NCBI GenBank assembly: GCA_036785375.1
Contig: JAWMAR010000242.1
Location: forward strand, 3,534,001-3,598,000
Reading direction: 5' to 3'
From: Leucoraja ocellata
Lineage: Eukaryota
DNA length: 64,000 nucleotides
How positions within the stretch are numbered: position 1 is the first letter of the stretch; each line of letters opens with the position of its first letter. The notes beneath the pieces are model-generated. The model did not search any database. It had not been told where the DNA came from and worked only from the letters and a program-made list of their open reading frames with translations. Shown here piece after piece: positions 25,103 to 37,989 of the stretch. A program made the position numbers and the translations under genes.

Positions 25103-25790
25103 CGTTCAATGGTGCTTCATTATCACATGTGTGAGGTGCAAACGCACTATAACATTTTTTTCTTACAAACAGTCCAGTAGAGTATTGCCAAACCACACCC
25201 CGATTAGCAATTGCCCAGTAGTAGTCTACTGAGCCTGCATGCATGAGGTGCCATGTTTTGCGCCCTTTTCCAAGTCCAGTCCACGCTCCATTTGTTTTGA
25301 GTGGTAGTAATTCAGGCAAGTCCCAGGCTGCTGTGGGCCTCCAGCCATTGCCTTCCTTGGTCGACCAGCAAGCAACATCCTCTCCTCGCCCGCCCACCTG
25401 TATTCCCGGGGGAGCCTCCTGCACCCGACCTTGAGGGCGCGGTAGGCCAGATCCCGGGTCCCTCTCCTCTCCTACCGGCCTCGCCTCGCTCCCGCCACAT
25501 CCGCCGTCGTTGCCGGCTCCATCCTCCTGGCCTCTGGTCTTCGGGGGATGAGCAGCGATGGCTCGCGATGGGCTCCACTTCCATGCTGCAGACCACCGGG
25601 TCCTCCAAGCATGGGCGAGCTTTGCGGCTACGCCCTACAGGCCGCTCCGCCGGCTCTTATAGTCGGTCGTGGTCCGTTGGGCCTTGCGTTTTCACTGCAT
25701 TCCACCGGTATTGGCCGCGGTCCACCACGTGTTGTGATCGGCCGCAGTCCGCATGGTCGCGGTTCCCCTGTAGGCTGCAGTGCTGTGTTT
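25103..25790 (-). mobile_element. GC/CpG-rich SINE-like element with a Rex1-type 3' tail
   Basis: Sharp GC-rich island. Minus-strand end tgcacctcacacatgtgataatgaagcaccattgaa resembles the tail at 36180-36213. Confidence 0.5.
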
Positions 25791-25954
25791 CTTTGATTGT
25801 GTTATCACTCTCTAATTGACCCTTTTAACCCATTTGACCAAAGGACAGCTTCATCTTGGGTGCATGACAATCCTATTTGTGTTGCCCTGTCTTCAAACAA
25901 CATTCATTCTTTCCTTCTTTTCATAAATGCAACCTAACCATCTTTTTAGTCAGA

Positions 25955-26565
25955 AGCAAAAAGATGGAGTAACTCAGCAGGTCAGACAGCATTGTTAGCT
26001 GTGGGCATCCAAATGCAAATTGGAGGAACAGCACCTCATATTTTGTTTAGGCTAATTACAACCCAGCGGCATGAATATTAATTTATCTAATTTCAAGTAA
26101 CCCTTGCATTCTNNNNNNNNNNNNNNNNNNNNNNNNNNNNNNNNNNNNNNNNNNNNNNNNNNNNNNNNNNNNNNNNNNNNNNNNNNNNNNNNNNNNNNNN
26201 NNNNNNNNNNNNNNNNNNNNNNNNNNNNNNNNNNNNNNNNNNNNNNNNNNNNNNNNNNNNNNNNNNNNNNNNNNNNNNNNTCAAAGTCATCTTGTTGAGT
26301 CTCATTGTCTGTAACTCGTTTTCACCAAGCCCACAGCTAACAACGGCCTGTCTCCTTTATCATCGTTACTTTTTTGCATATCTTTCATTCACTTGTTCTA
26401 TATCTCTCTACATCACCGTCTATATCTCTCGTTTCCCTTTCCCCTGACTCTCAGTCTGAAGAGGGTCTTGAACCAATGCATCATCTATTCCTTTTCTTCA
26501 CTGAGTTACTCCAGCTTTTTGTGCTTATCTTCAGTTTAAGCCAGTATCTGCAGTTCCTTCCTACA
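25955..26565 (+). mobile_element. Penelope 3' end/pseudo-LTR fragment spanning assembly gap 26113-26280
   Basis: caaattggaggaacagcacctcatatt (GIY-YIG end), degenerate hammerhead at about 26456, end ctgcagttccttcctacaca. Confidence 0.8.
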
Positions 26566-26574
26566 CATTTTGTT

Positions 26575-27212
26575 AGTTAGTTTAGTTTATTGTCACGTGT
26601 ACCGAGGTCCAGTGAAAAGCTTTTTGTGGCGTGCTATCAGTGGAAAGACTACACGTGATTAGAATCATCCACAGTGTACAGATACATGATATTGGATAAA
26701 ATAAATAATGTTTAGTGCAAGGTGAAGTCTGGAGGTGTGGGTTTTCAAACCTCTGTACTTCTTGCCTGATGGGAGAGGAGAGAAGAGGGAGTGTCCGGGA
26801 TGTGACTCGTCCCTGATTATGCTGCTGGCCTTGTCGAGGCAGCGTGAGGTGTAAATGGAGTCAATAGAAGGGAGGTTGGTTTGTGTGATGGTCTGGGCTG
26901 CGTCCACAATTCGATGCAATTTCTTGTGGTCTTGGATGGAGCTGTTCCCAAACCGTGCTGTGATGCATCCTGATAAAATGCTTTCTATGGTGCATCTTTT
27001 GAAGTTGGTGAGAGTTGTAGGGGACATGCCAAACTTCCAAAGCCTTCTAAGGAAGTAGAGGCGTTGGTGTATTTTCATGGCCATTCGATGTAGCTAGTCT
27101 AGGACAAGTGCTGATGATATATCAGTGTATACCGGGGTATGTGCACCGCTTCCCATCCTGAAGTGGACCACTATCTCCTTTGTCCTGCTGATATTGAGGA
27201 AAAGGTTGGTGT
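26575..27212 (-). mobile_element. Rex1/Babar-type LINE 3' fragment
   Basis: ORF 26665..27084(-): QRLYFLRRLWKFG...TIESILSGCITARFGN...DESHPGHSLFSPLPSGKKYR. Confidence 0.9.
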
Positions 27213-29189
27213 CAACTCCTCTTCCCCTTCCCACACTGACCTTTCTGGCCTGGACCTTCCCCACTGCCAGAATGAAGCCACACACACCAACTGGAGGAAC
27301 AGCACCTCATATTCCGCTTGGGTAGCTTACAGCGCAATGCTAAGAACATTGAATTTGTAAATTTTAGATAACTTCCAACAACCCCACCCATCCCATTTCT
27401 CGCTCTCAGTAGTAGGCAGGACTGTGGCACTGATCCTGGCTCTGAGGCACAGCAAGGAGGGGTAGTGTCAGGCAGAGTCATAGTGGGAGGAGGTTAGAAT
27501 CTGCAGCAGCGGTCGAGACTCCAGGATGGTGTGCTGCCTCCCTGGTGCCAGGGTCCAGGACGTCTCGGAGCAGCTGAATGACATCCTCAAGGAGGAGGGT
27601 GAAGAGTCAGAAGTCGTTGGGCACGTTGGCACAAATGTAATGGGCAGGTAATGGGAAGAGGTCCTGTAAATGAATATAGGGAGTTAGGCAAAAGACTAAA
27701 ACAGCCGGAACTCTAGGGTAGTGATCTCCGCATTACTCCTCGTGCCACTTGCCAGTGAGGGTAGAAATAGGAAGATCGATGTAGTGATGAGTTACACCTG
27801 AACTGGGGGGAACCAACATCCTGGTAGGCAGGTCCGCTAGTGTTTCACGGGTGGGTTGTCATGGTAGGGGATTTTAACTTTCTCAATATAGACATGGTGA
27901 TACTGTCATGGTGAAAAAGATCGATGGGGTGGAATTTGTCAAATGTGTTCAGGAACGTTTGCTCAGGCAATATGTCGAGGGGCCTACATGGAGAGGGCAA
28001 AGCTTGATCTACTCTTAAGAAATTGGGAATGGCTCATAAGGTCTAGGAGCAGAATTAGGCCATTCAGCCCATCAAGTCTACCCCGCCATTCAATCATGGC
28101 TGATTTATCTTTCCCTCTGAGCTCCATTCTCCTGCTTTCGCCTCATGTTAGCCTCTTAGGACCAGACACCACTGTTCTATTAGCTTTAAGATAGTGAAAA
28201 ATAAGGACAGGGCGGGCCCATTAGTTAAAATTCTGAATCAGGGCAAGGCCAAGTTTGATGGTATTAGACAGAAACGTGCTCAATTGGACCTGGTTGTTGG
28301 TGGGCAAAATAACATCCAGAAAGTGGCTGCTTTTAAAGGTGTTATAACACTAGTTCAGGTCATGCATGTTCCTGTTAGCGTGAGGGCAAGGTTAGTGGGC
28401 ATAAAGAAACAAGGATGATGAGAGAAATTGAGGCCCTGGTCAGTAAAAAGGAGCTATGGAGCAGGTAGAGGCGGCTGGGATCACGTGTATCCCTGGAGGA
28501 GTTTTGTGAAGAGAGGAGCGTACTCAAGCAGGGAATCAGGAGGGGAAAAAGGGGACTGGAGGTAGCTCTGGCAGATAATATTAAAGGAATTCTAAACAGA
28601 TTTTACAAGTATATTAAAGGAAAGAGGGTGACTATGCAAATCGGGCCCTTCAGAAACCAAAGCGGAGCTGCAGGAGTAGAGCAAATCCCTCAATGAATAT
28701 TTAACCTCTGTGTTTATTGTGGAGAAAGACTGGGGAACTTGGGGACAGTTCATGGAGGTGTGTTGAGGATAGTCTGTATTATGTCAAGGAGGTGCTGATC
28801 GTCCTAAAGCAGATAAAGATAGATAGATCCCCCAGGCCTGATGAGATATGTCCTCGGGCACTGTGGAAAGTTGGAGAATAAATTGCAGGAGCCCTGTCTG
28901 TGATCGATGATTCACCATTCACTGCAGTTGAGGCGCTGGAAGACTGGAGGGTGGCTAATGTTGTGCCTTTACTTAACAAGGGCTGCCAGGAACAGCCTGG
29001 GACCTATAGACCAGCCAGCCTAACATCTGTGGTAGTAAGCTGGTTACTGGAGAGTATTCTGAGGGATAAGATATATATATATATATGTGTTTGGATAGAC
29101 AGGGGTTAATTCGGGATAATCAGCATGGTTTTCTGTGTGGGAGGTGGAGTTTCGTGAAACTGATTTTTTTTTTAAAGTAACCAAAGGTT

Positions 29190-31193
29190 AGAAACAGAAA
29201 CATAGAAATTAGGTGCAGGAGTAGACCATTCGGCCCTTCGAGCCTGCACCGCCATTCAATATGATCATGGCTGATCATCCAACTCAGTATCCCGTACCTG
29301 CCTTCTCTCCATACCCCCTGATCCCCTTAGCCACAAGGGCCACATCTAACTCCCTCTTAAATATAGCCAATGAACTGGCCTCGACTACCCTCTGTGGCAG
29401 AGAGTTCCAGAGATTCACCACTCTCTATGTGAAAAAAGTTCTTCTCATCTCGGTTTTAAAGGATTTCCCCCTTATCCTTAAGCTGTGACCCCTTGTCCTG
29501 GACTTCCCCAACATCGGGAACAATCTTCCTGCATCTAGCCTGTCCAACCCATTAAGAATTTTGTACGTTTCTATAAGATCCCCTCGCAATCTCCTAAATT
29601 CTAGAGAGTATAAACCAAGTCTGTCTAGTCTTTCTTCATAAGACAGTCCTGACATCCCAGGAATCAGTCTGGTAAACCTTCTCTGCACTCCCTCTATAGC
29701 AATAATGTCCTTCCTCAGATTTGGAGACCAAAACTGTACGCAATACTCCAGGTGTGGTCTCACCAAGACCCTGTACAACTGCAGTAGAACCTCCCTGCTC
29801 CTATACTCAAATCCTTTTGCTATGAAAGCTAACATACCATTCGCTTTCTTCACTGCCTGCTGCACCTGCATGCCTACTTTCAATGACTGGTGTACCATGA
29901 CACCCAGGTCTCGCTGCATCTCCCCTTTTCCTAGTCGGCCATCATTTAGATAATAGTCTGCTTTCCTGTTTTTGCCACCAAAATGGATAACCTCACATTT
30001 ATCCACATTATACTGCATCTGCCAAACATTTGCCCACTCACCCAGCCTATCCAAGTCACCTTGCAGTCTCCTAGCATCCTCCTCACAACTAACACTGCCC
30101 CCCAGCTTAGTGTCATCCACAAACTTGGAGATATTGCATTCAATTCCCTCATCCAGATCATTAATATATATTGTAAATAGCTGGGGTCCCAGCACTGAGC
30201 CTTGCGGTACCCCACTAGTCACTCTGCCTACCATTGTGAAAGGGACCCGTTTACTCCTACTCTTTGCTTCCTGTTTGCCAGCCAGTTCTCTATCCACATC
30301 AACACTGAACCCCCCATGCCGTGTACTTTAAGTTTGTATACTAATCTCTTATGTGGGACCTTGTCGAAAGCCTTCTGGAAGTCCAGATACACCACATCCA
30401 CTGGTTCTCCCCTATCCACGCTACTAGTTACATCCTCGAAAAATTCTATAAGATTCGTCAGACATGATTTACCTTTCGTAAATCCATGCTGACTTTGTCC
30501 AATGATTTCATCACTTTCCAAATGTGCTGCTATCCCATCTTTAATAACTGACTCTAGCAGTTTCCCCACTACCGATGTTAGACTAACTGGTCTGTAATTC
30601 CCGTTTTCTCTCTCCCTCCCTTCTTAAAAAGTGGGGTTACGTTTGCTACCCACCAATCCTCAGGAACTACTACAGAATCTAAAGAGTTTTGAAAGATTAT
30701 TACTAATGCATCCACTATTTCTGGAGCTACTTCCTTAAGTACTCTGGGATGCAGCCTATCTGGCCCTGGGGATTTATCGGCCTTTAATCCATTCAATTTA
30801 CCCAACACCACTTCCCGGCTAACCTGGATTTCACTCAATTCCTCCAACTTCTTTGACCCGCGGTCCCCTGCTATTTCCGGCAGATTATTTATGTCTTCCT
30901 TAGTGAAGACGGAACCAAAGTAGTTATTCAATTGGTCCACCATATCCTTGTTCCGCATGATCAACTCACCTGTTTCTGACTGCAAGGGACCTACATTTGT
31001 TTTAACTAATCTCTTTCTTTTCACATATCTATAAAAACTTTTGCAGTCAGTTTTTATGTTCCCTGCCAGTTTTCTTTCATAATCTATTTTTCCTTTCCTA
31101 ATTAAGCCCTTTGTCCTCCTCTGCTAGTCTCTGAATTTCTCCCAGTCCTCCGGTATGCTGCTTTTTCTGGCTAATTTGTACGCATCATCCTTC
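29190..31193 (-). mobile_element. Young 5'-truncated CR1/HER1 LINE (RT domain)
   Basis: Three long consecutive ORFs (30578..31024, 30228..30569, 29425..30297): KSPGPD, QHGFTKGKSCLTNL, YLDFQKAFDKVPH, GVPQGSVLGP, KFVDDTKL. (CTATGTTT)-type tail. Confidence 0.96.
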
Positions 31194-31691
31194 GGTTGAC
31201 GAGGGCAAAGCCATAGATATAGTCAATATTGATTTCAGCAAGGTATTTGATAAGATTCTGCATCGTAAGCTCCACTGGAAGGTTAGACCGCATGGGATCC
31301 AGGCCGACGTTAAAAAATTGGCTTCATGGAAGGAAGCAGAGGATGATTTCGGACTGGAGGCCTGTGGCTAGTGGTGTGCCTCAGGGTTCGGTGTTGGGCC
31401 CATTGCTATTTGTGATTTATTTCAACGATGTGGATGAGAATGTAGAAGGCAGGATTAGAAAGTTTGCAGATTATACTATAGTGGGTGGTATTGTAGATAG
31501 TGAAGATGGTTGTTAAAAATTACACCAGCATCTTGATCAGTTGGGCAAGTGGGCTGAGGAACAGTTAATGGGGTTTAACGCAGCTAAGTCTGAGGTGTTG
31601 CACTTTGGGTGGTCAAACCAAGGCAGGACCTTCTCAGTGAATGGCGGGGCTCTGGGGAGTGTTGTAGAGCAGAAGGATCGAGCAGTGCAGT

Positions 31692-31995
31692 TCGTTTAGT
31701 TTAGCATAGAGATAATGGGCAAAAACAGGCCCTTCGGCCCAGCGGGTCCGCGCCAACCAGCGATCCCCGCACATTAACACTATCCTACACACACTAGGGA
31801 CAATTTTTACATTTACCAAGCCAATTAACCTGGAAGGTTAATTAACCTTGGAGATGGGAGGAAACCGAAAATCTTGGAGAAAACACACGCAGATCATGGG
31901 GAGAATGTACAAACTTCATACCGTCAGGATCGAACCCGGGCCTCCGGCTCTGCATTCCCTCTAAGGCAGCAACACTACCACTGCGCCACCGTGAC
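31692..31995 (-). mobile_element. HE1-like V-SINE nested in CR1
   Basis: Same tail and head as the other copies. Confidence 0.85.
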
Positions 31996-32867
31996 CGCCC
32001 GTGAAAGCTCCTTGAAAGTGGCGTCACAGTTAGATAGGGTGGTCAAGAAGGCTTTCAGCACATTGGCTTTCATCAGTCAGGATATGAGTATAGAAGTTGG
32101 GATGTTATGTTACAATTGTATGATACATTGATGAGGCCACATTTGGAGTATTGTGTTCAGTTTTGGTCACCCTGTTATAGGAAAGCTGTTGTGAAGCTGG
32201 AAAGAGTGCAGAGAAGATTTGTGAGGATATTGCCAGGACTCAGGACCTGAGCTACCAGGAGAGGTTGTGCAGGCTATGACGTTATTCCTTGGAACGCAGG
32301 AGGATGAGGGGTGATCTTATTGAGGTGTATAAGATCATGAGTGGAATAGATAGGGTAGATACATAGTCTTTTATCCAGAGTAGGAGAATCAAGATCCAGG
32401 AGTCATAGATTTAAGGTGAGAGGGGAAAGATTTAATAGGAACCTGAGGGGCCACAGGGTGGTGGGGACAGGTGGGGACAGGGAATGTGCTGACTGAGGAA
32501 GTAGTTGAGGCAGGTGCTATGACAACATTTAAAAGACACCTGGACAGGTAAATGGATAGGAATGGTTTAGAGGGGAAAGGGCCAAACTTGGGCCGGTGGA
32601 ACATGTGTAGATGGGGCATCTGGGTTGGCATAGGTAAGTTAGGCTGAAGGGCCTGTTCCATCTTTGACACCCCTCTGTCTCCCCTGTATCCCACCTGGAC
32701 ACACACCATTATCTCCCTTTCCCCTTCCCTCCACATACATTCCTCCCCCAATTGGCATCACAGTTCACAACTGGCCTTTGTCCAACTATCGGCCTATCAA
32801 AAACCTCCCTCACTTGTGTTCACCTATTACCATCCACGCTTTGTCCTGCCCCTACCCTCTTCTTTCT

Positions 32868-33180
32868 CCCCCCACCCCAACCCCACCCCCATCCCCCCAC
32901 CCCCACCCCATCCCCCCACCCCAACCCCACCCCCACCCCCACCCCAACCCCACCCCCACCCCCACCCCCCCACCCCACCCCCACCTCCACCCCCCCACCC
33001 CCACCCCATCCCCCCACCCCCACCCCCCACCCCAACTCCACCCCCACCCCCACCCCAACCCCACCCCCACCCCAACCCCACCCCCACCCCCCCACCCCAC
33101 CTCCACCCCCCACCCCCACACCACCTACACCCCACCCCACCCCCACCCTCCCATCCCCCTCACCCCACCCCCCACACACA
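32868..33180 (+). repeat. C-rich (CCCCA)n-type tandem repeat
   Basis: Directly visible. Reads (TGGGG)n on the JPH3 sense strand. Confidence 0.97.
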
Positions 33181-35200
33181 CCATCATGTAGGTTTAGTTT
33201 GCTAATTTTTTAACTTTACACTCGGGTATTTTTGAAACAATTCTAACCTGTTGATGTTTGTATAAATCCTTCATGTTATTCTCCTTTTCAATTTCAGCCT
33301 CAAACTAAAATGAGAGGAAGTAGTGTTTACTTCTTAGTCCCAATTTAAAATTCCAACTGTGTAAGAATGATTAATTAACGTTCTCTTAACGTCAAATAAA
33401 TGATACAAGAGGAAGGTTAATTAGGTCCATAAATGTAATACGCATGCTATCATAATGGGAGATTTATGCCAATAAATCTGGTGAAATTACCATTCAAACC
33501 TGAGATTGAATTTTTTTTTTAAATAGATAAGGACGGCAGGGTAAGGTGACCATGGATGACCAAGGAGGTCGTAAACTTGGTCAGGTAGAAGGAAGCATAT
33601 GTTAGGTTTAAGAAGGTGACCTCAGATGTAGCTGATGAGGAAGATAAAGCCAGTAGGAAAGAATGTAAGCGGGCGATTAGAAGGGCCAAGGGTGGCCATG
33701 AAATCTGATTAAAGAAAATCCTTAGGCACACATTAAAAAATATCAGGGTGACCAGGGAAAATATAGGAACACTCAAAGATAAAGGAGGAAATCTATGCTT
33801 GGAGTTGGAGGTTGCAGGTGAGGAACTAAATGAGTACTTATCTATATTCACCGAGAGAAGGACTTCGAAGATAGCGAGACCAGTGTGGAGAATACAAATA
33901 TGCTCGGGCAGTTTGAGATGGTGAAGGAGGTGGTACTGAGACTCTTGAAGAACATTAATGTGGATATATCCCCAGGACCTGATGGAATCTATCCCAGTTT
34001 ATTGAGGGAGGTAAGAGAGGAGATTCCGGGAGTCTTATCAAAGATCTTTGCTTCTTCTCTTGTCACAGGGCAGGTCCCAGAGGACTGGAGAGTGGCCAAT
34101 GTTGTTCTTTTGTTTAAGAGAGGAAGTAGAGAGAATCTAGGGAACTATAGGCCGGTTAGTCTCATGCCTGTGGTAGATAAACTATTGGAGAGAATTCTTC
34201 GAGATTGGATTTACTCCCATTCGGAAGAGAATGGACTAACTACAGATGGCCGGCATGGCTTGTACACGGTTGGTCGTGGCTCAGTAACTTGATTGAGTTT
34301 TCTGAGGATGTGGTTAAGGAGATTGATGAGGGTAGCGTGGTGGATCTTGTATACATGGATTTTGGGAAGACTTTTGATATGGTTGATCATGGTAGGCTGA
34401 TCCAGAAGATTAAGATGTACAGGATACACGAGGACTTGGTCGTATGGATTCAGGACTGGCTTAATCAATAAAAGACGGACGGTTCTGGTGGAAGGAAGTT
34501 CTGGCTGTAGGTCTGTGACCAGTAGAATTCTGCAGGGATCTGTGCTGGGACCTCTGCTGTTTGTGATACAAGTGACCTGGATGTGAATGTAGATGGGTTG
34601 GTGAATATATTTGTTGATGACACCAAGATTGGAGGAGTTGCAGACAGTGAGGAATGCTGTCAGAAGATTCAGTGGGACATGGCTGCAGAAATGGGAGGAG
34701 AAATGGCAGATGGAATTTAACCTGAGGATGTGTGAAGGTGGTTGCACTTTGGGAGGTTAAATGTAAGGAGAAAGCAAACAGTTAATGGCAAGACCCTTAA
34801 TTAACAGCAGTAATGTGCAGATGGATCTTGTAGTCCAACTTCATAGTTCACCAAAGTTGCAAATAGTTGCACATGAGATGGTAAAGAAGGCATCTGGTAT
34901 TCTTGCCTTCATTGCTAACGGCATTGAATATAAAAGCTTTATAGGACTTTGGTTAGGCCGCATTTGGAGTTTTGAATTCTGTCCAGATCACCCCATTAGA
35001 CGTGGAAGCTTTGGAAAGGGTGCAGAGGCCTTGAGCAGTGGCAGAAGACTCATTTGATAGGTCTCGCAGCAGCAGAAGGCTGCCGGGATACATCGCAGAG
35101 CAGGCCGCAGGAAGAGCCGGTGGGTCCATGAGCGGTGGCAGACTGGGCTCACTGCCACGGAGACAGACATAGCGGGCCCCATCCTGCATGGGGAAGCTCA

Positions 35201-35940
35201 GATGCTGCAGGGGGCAGCTGGGATGCTGCAGGGGGCAGCTGGGATGGTGCAGGGGGCAGCTGGGATGGTGCAGGGGGCAGCTGGGATGGTGCAGGGGGCA
35301 GCTGGGATGATGCATGGGGGCAGCTGGGATGGTGCAGGGGGCAGCTGGGATGGTGCAGGGGGCAGCTGGGATGGTGCAGGGGGCAGCTGGGATGGTGCAG
35401 GGGGCAGCTGGGATGCTGCAGGGGGCAGCTGGGATGGTGCAGGGGGCAGCTGGGATGCTGCAGAGGGCAGCTGGGATGCTGCAGGGGGCAGCTGGGATGG
35501 TGCAGGGGGCAGCTGGGATGCTGCAGGGGGCAGCTGGGATGCTGCAGGGGGCAGCTGGGATGGTGCAGGGGGCAGCTGGGATGCTGCAGAGGGCAGCTGG
35601 GATGCTGCAGGGGGCAGCTGGGATGGTGCAGGGGGCAGCTGGGATGCTGCAGGGGGCAGCTGGGATGCTGCAGGGGGCAGCTGGGATGGTGCAGGGGGCA
35701 GCTGGGATGCTGCAGGGGGCAGCTGGGATGCTGCAGAGGGCAGCTGGGATGGTGCAGGGGGCAGCTGGGATGCTGCAGGGGGCAGCTGGGATGCTGCAGA
35801 GGGCAGCTGGGATGCTGCAGGGGGCAGCTGGGATGGTGCAGGGGGCAGCTGGGATGCTGCAGGGGGCAGCTGGGATGCTGCAGAGGGCAGCTGGGATGGT
35901 GCAGGGGGCAGCTGGGATGCTGCAGAGGGCAGCTGGGATG
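35201..35940 (+). repeat. 21-bp GC-rich minisatellite, about 35 copies (GATGSTGCAGRGGGCAGCTGG)
   Basis: Directly visible tandem array with essentially two variable positions. Confidence 0.98.
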
Positions 35941-36366
35941 TATCCAGCGCCTTCATGATCGGCTGCAGGTGACGCCCCTGGGACATAGAGGTGGTCGGGC
36001 GAGGAGAGGGACGTGGGTTCACAGGGCGAGCTGGTCGATGATGATGAGGGAACAGCAGCCTGGGCTTACCCGGATTGGGTGGCTCTCCAGTATATTGAGT
36101 GCCTGGACTTTGAACTTTTCAAACATGCCACCAAAGTATTGCCACATGCACGCGTGAACTATGCAAAAAGAATCTGACCGTGCAGTGTACACGTGACAAT
36201 AATGAACCATTGAAGAGGATTACAGTGTTTCAGCTGCAGGGAGAGGTTGGATAGATTGTTTTCTGTAGAACGTTGGAGCTTGAGGGGAGATATGATAGCA
36301 GGATATAAAATGATGACGGGTGTAGAGACGGTAGATGGTCAGAACCCTTTTCCCAGTAGCTATGGA

Positions 36367-37989
36367 TACTAAGAGTTTCAAAGTAAAAGAAGTACTGACA
36401 CTTTTGAAAAATATAAAAGTGGACAAGTCTCCAGGTCCTGACAGGATATTCCCTAGGACATTGAAGGAAGTTAGTGTAGAAATAGCCGGGGCTATGACAG
36501 AAATATTTCAAATGTTAATAGAAACGGGAATAATCCCCGAGGATTGGCGTACTGCGCGTGTTGTTCCATTGTTTAAAAAGGGTTCTAAGAGTAAACCTAG
36601 CAATTATAGACCTGTTAGTTTGACTTCAGTGGTGGGCAAATTAATGGAAAAGATACTTAGAGATAATATATATAAGCATCTGGATAAACAGGGTCTGATT
36701 AGGAACAGTCAGCATGGATTTGTGCCTGGGAGGTCATGTTTGACTAATCTTCTTGAATTTTTTGAAGAGGTTACTAGGGAAATTGACGAGGGTAAAGCAG
36801 TGGATGTTGTCTATATGGACTTTAGTAAGGCCTTTGACAAGGTTCCTCATGGAAGGTTGGTTAAGAAGGTTCAACTGTTGGGTATAAATGCAGGAATAGC
36901 AAGATGGATTCAACAGTGGCTGAATGGGAGAAGCCAGAGGGTAATGGTGGATGGCTGTTTGTCGGGTTGGAGGCAGGTGACTAGTGGGGTGCCTCAGGGA
37001 TCTGTGTTGGGTCCTTTGTTGTTTGTCATGTACATCAATGATCTGGATGAAGGTGTGGTCAATTGGATTAGTAAGTATGCAGATGATACCAAGATAGGGG
37101 GTGTTGTGGATAATGAAGAGGATTTCCAAAGTCTACAGAGTGATTTAGGCCATTTCGAAGAATGGGCTGAAAGATGGCAGATGGAGTTAATGATGAGGTG
37201 CTACACCTTGGCAGGACAAATCAAAATAGGACGTACTTGGTAAATGGTAGGGAATTAAAGAATACAGATGAACACAGGGATCTGGGAATAACCGTGCATA
37301 GTTCCTTGAAGGTGGAATCTCATATAGATAGGGTGGTAAAGAAAGCTTTTGGTATGCTAGCCTTTATAAATCAGAGCATTGAGTATAGAAGCTGGGATGT
37401 AATGTTAAAATTGTACAAGGCATTGGTGAGACCAAATCTGGAGTATGGTGTACAATTTTGGTCGCCCAATTATAGGAAGGATGTCAACAAAATAGAGAGA
37501 GTACAGAGGAGATTTACTAAAATGTTGCCTGGGTTTCAACAACTAAGTTACAGAGAAAGGTTGAATAAGTTAGGTCTTTATTCTCTGGAGCGCAGAAGGT
37601 TAAGGGGGGACTTGATAGAGGTCTTTAAAATGATGAGAGGGATAGACAGAGTTGATGTGGACAAGCTTTTCCCTTTGAGAATAGGGAAGATTCAAACAAG
37701 AGGACATGACTTCAGAATGAAGGGACAGAAGTTTAGGGGTAATATGAGGGGGAACTTCTTTACTCAGAGAGTGGTAGCGGTGTGGAATGAGCTTCCAGTG
37801 GAAGTGGTGGAGGCAGGTTCGTTGGTATCATTTAAAAATAAATTGGATAGGCATATGGATGAGAAGGGAATGGAGGGTTATGGTATGAGTGCAGGCAGGT
37901 GGGACTAAGGGAAAAAAGTTGTTCGGCACGGACTTGTAGGGCCGAGATGACCTGTTTCCGTGCTGTAATTGTTATATGGTTATATGTTA
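36367..37989 (+). mobile_element. Young 5'-truncated CR1 LINE (second subfamily), nearly intact RT
   Basis: ORFs 36335..37243 and 37174..37908, separated by one small frameshifting deletion. YMDFSKAFDKVPH, GVPQGSVLGP, KYADDTK. (GTTATAT)n tail. TATGGA duplicated at 36361-36366 and 37990-37995. Confidence 0.96.

Larger units (their letters stand above)
27475..32660 (+). mobile_element. Old near-full-length CR1 LINE (ORF1 esterase-like remnant, ORF2 remnants), host to nested insertions
   Basis: VCCLPGARVQDVSEQL (ORF1 remnant, about 27530), EDWRVANVVPL, SGVPQGSVLGPLLF, KFAD. Interrupted by a young CR1 (29190-31193) and a SINE (31692-31995). Confidence 0.85.

Noticed and set aside
25243-25819. 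CpG-island promoter or GC-rich ORFs in intron 3
   Set aside because: The GC-rich block has a retroposon-like tail and the ORFs have no recognisable product; it is better explained as an insertion.
32664-33213. Multiple Pro/His/Thr- or Gly/Trp-rich ORFs
   Set aside because: Artefacts of the (CCCCA)n repeat, open in all frames.
35201-35940. Possible CRISPR-like array
   Set aside because: Head-to-tail tandem units without unique spacers, in a vertebrate intron, with no cas genes.
35135-36157. 200-340 aa heptad-repeat ORFs (RGQLGWC, QGAAGMV, AGGSWD, PAASQLP)
   Set aside because: The 21-bp minisatellite is open in several frames at once, with no splice signals or codon-position bias to favour one.
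36335-37908. Active or domesticated reverse transcriptase gene
   Set aside because: 5'-truncated (no endonuclease or ORF1), one frameshift, and has a LINE tail and TSD: an ordinary dead-on-arrival CR1 copy.
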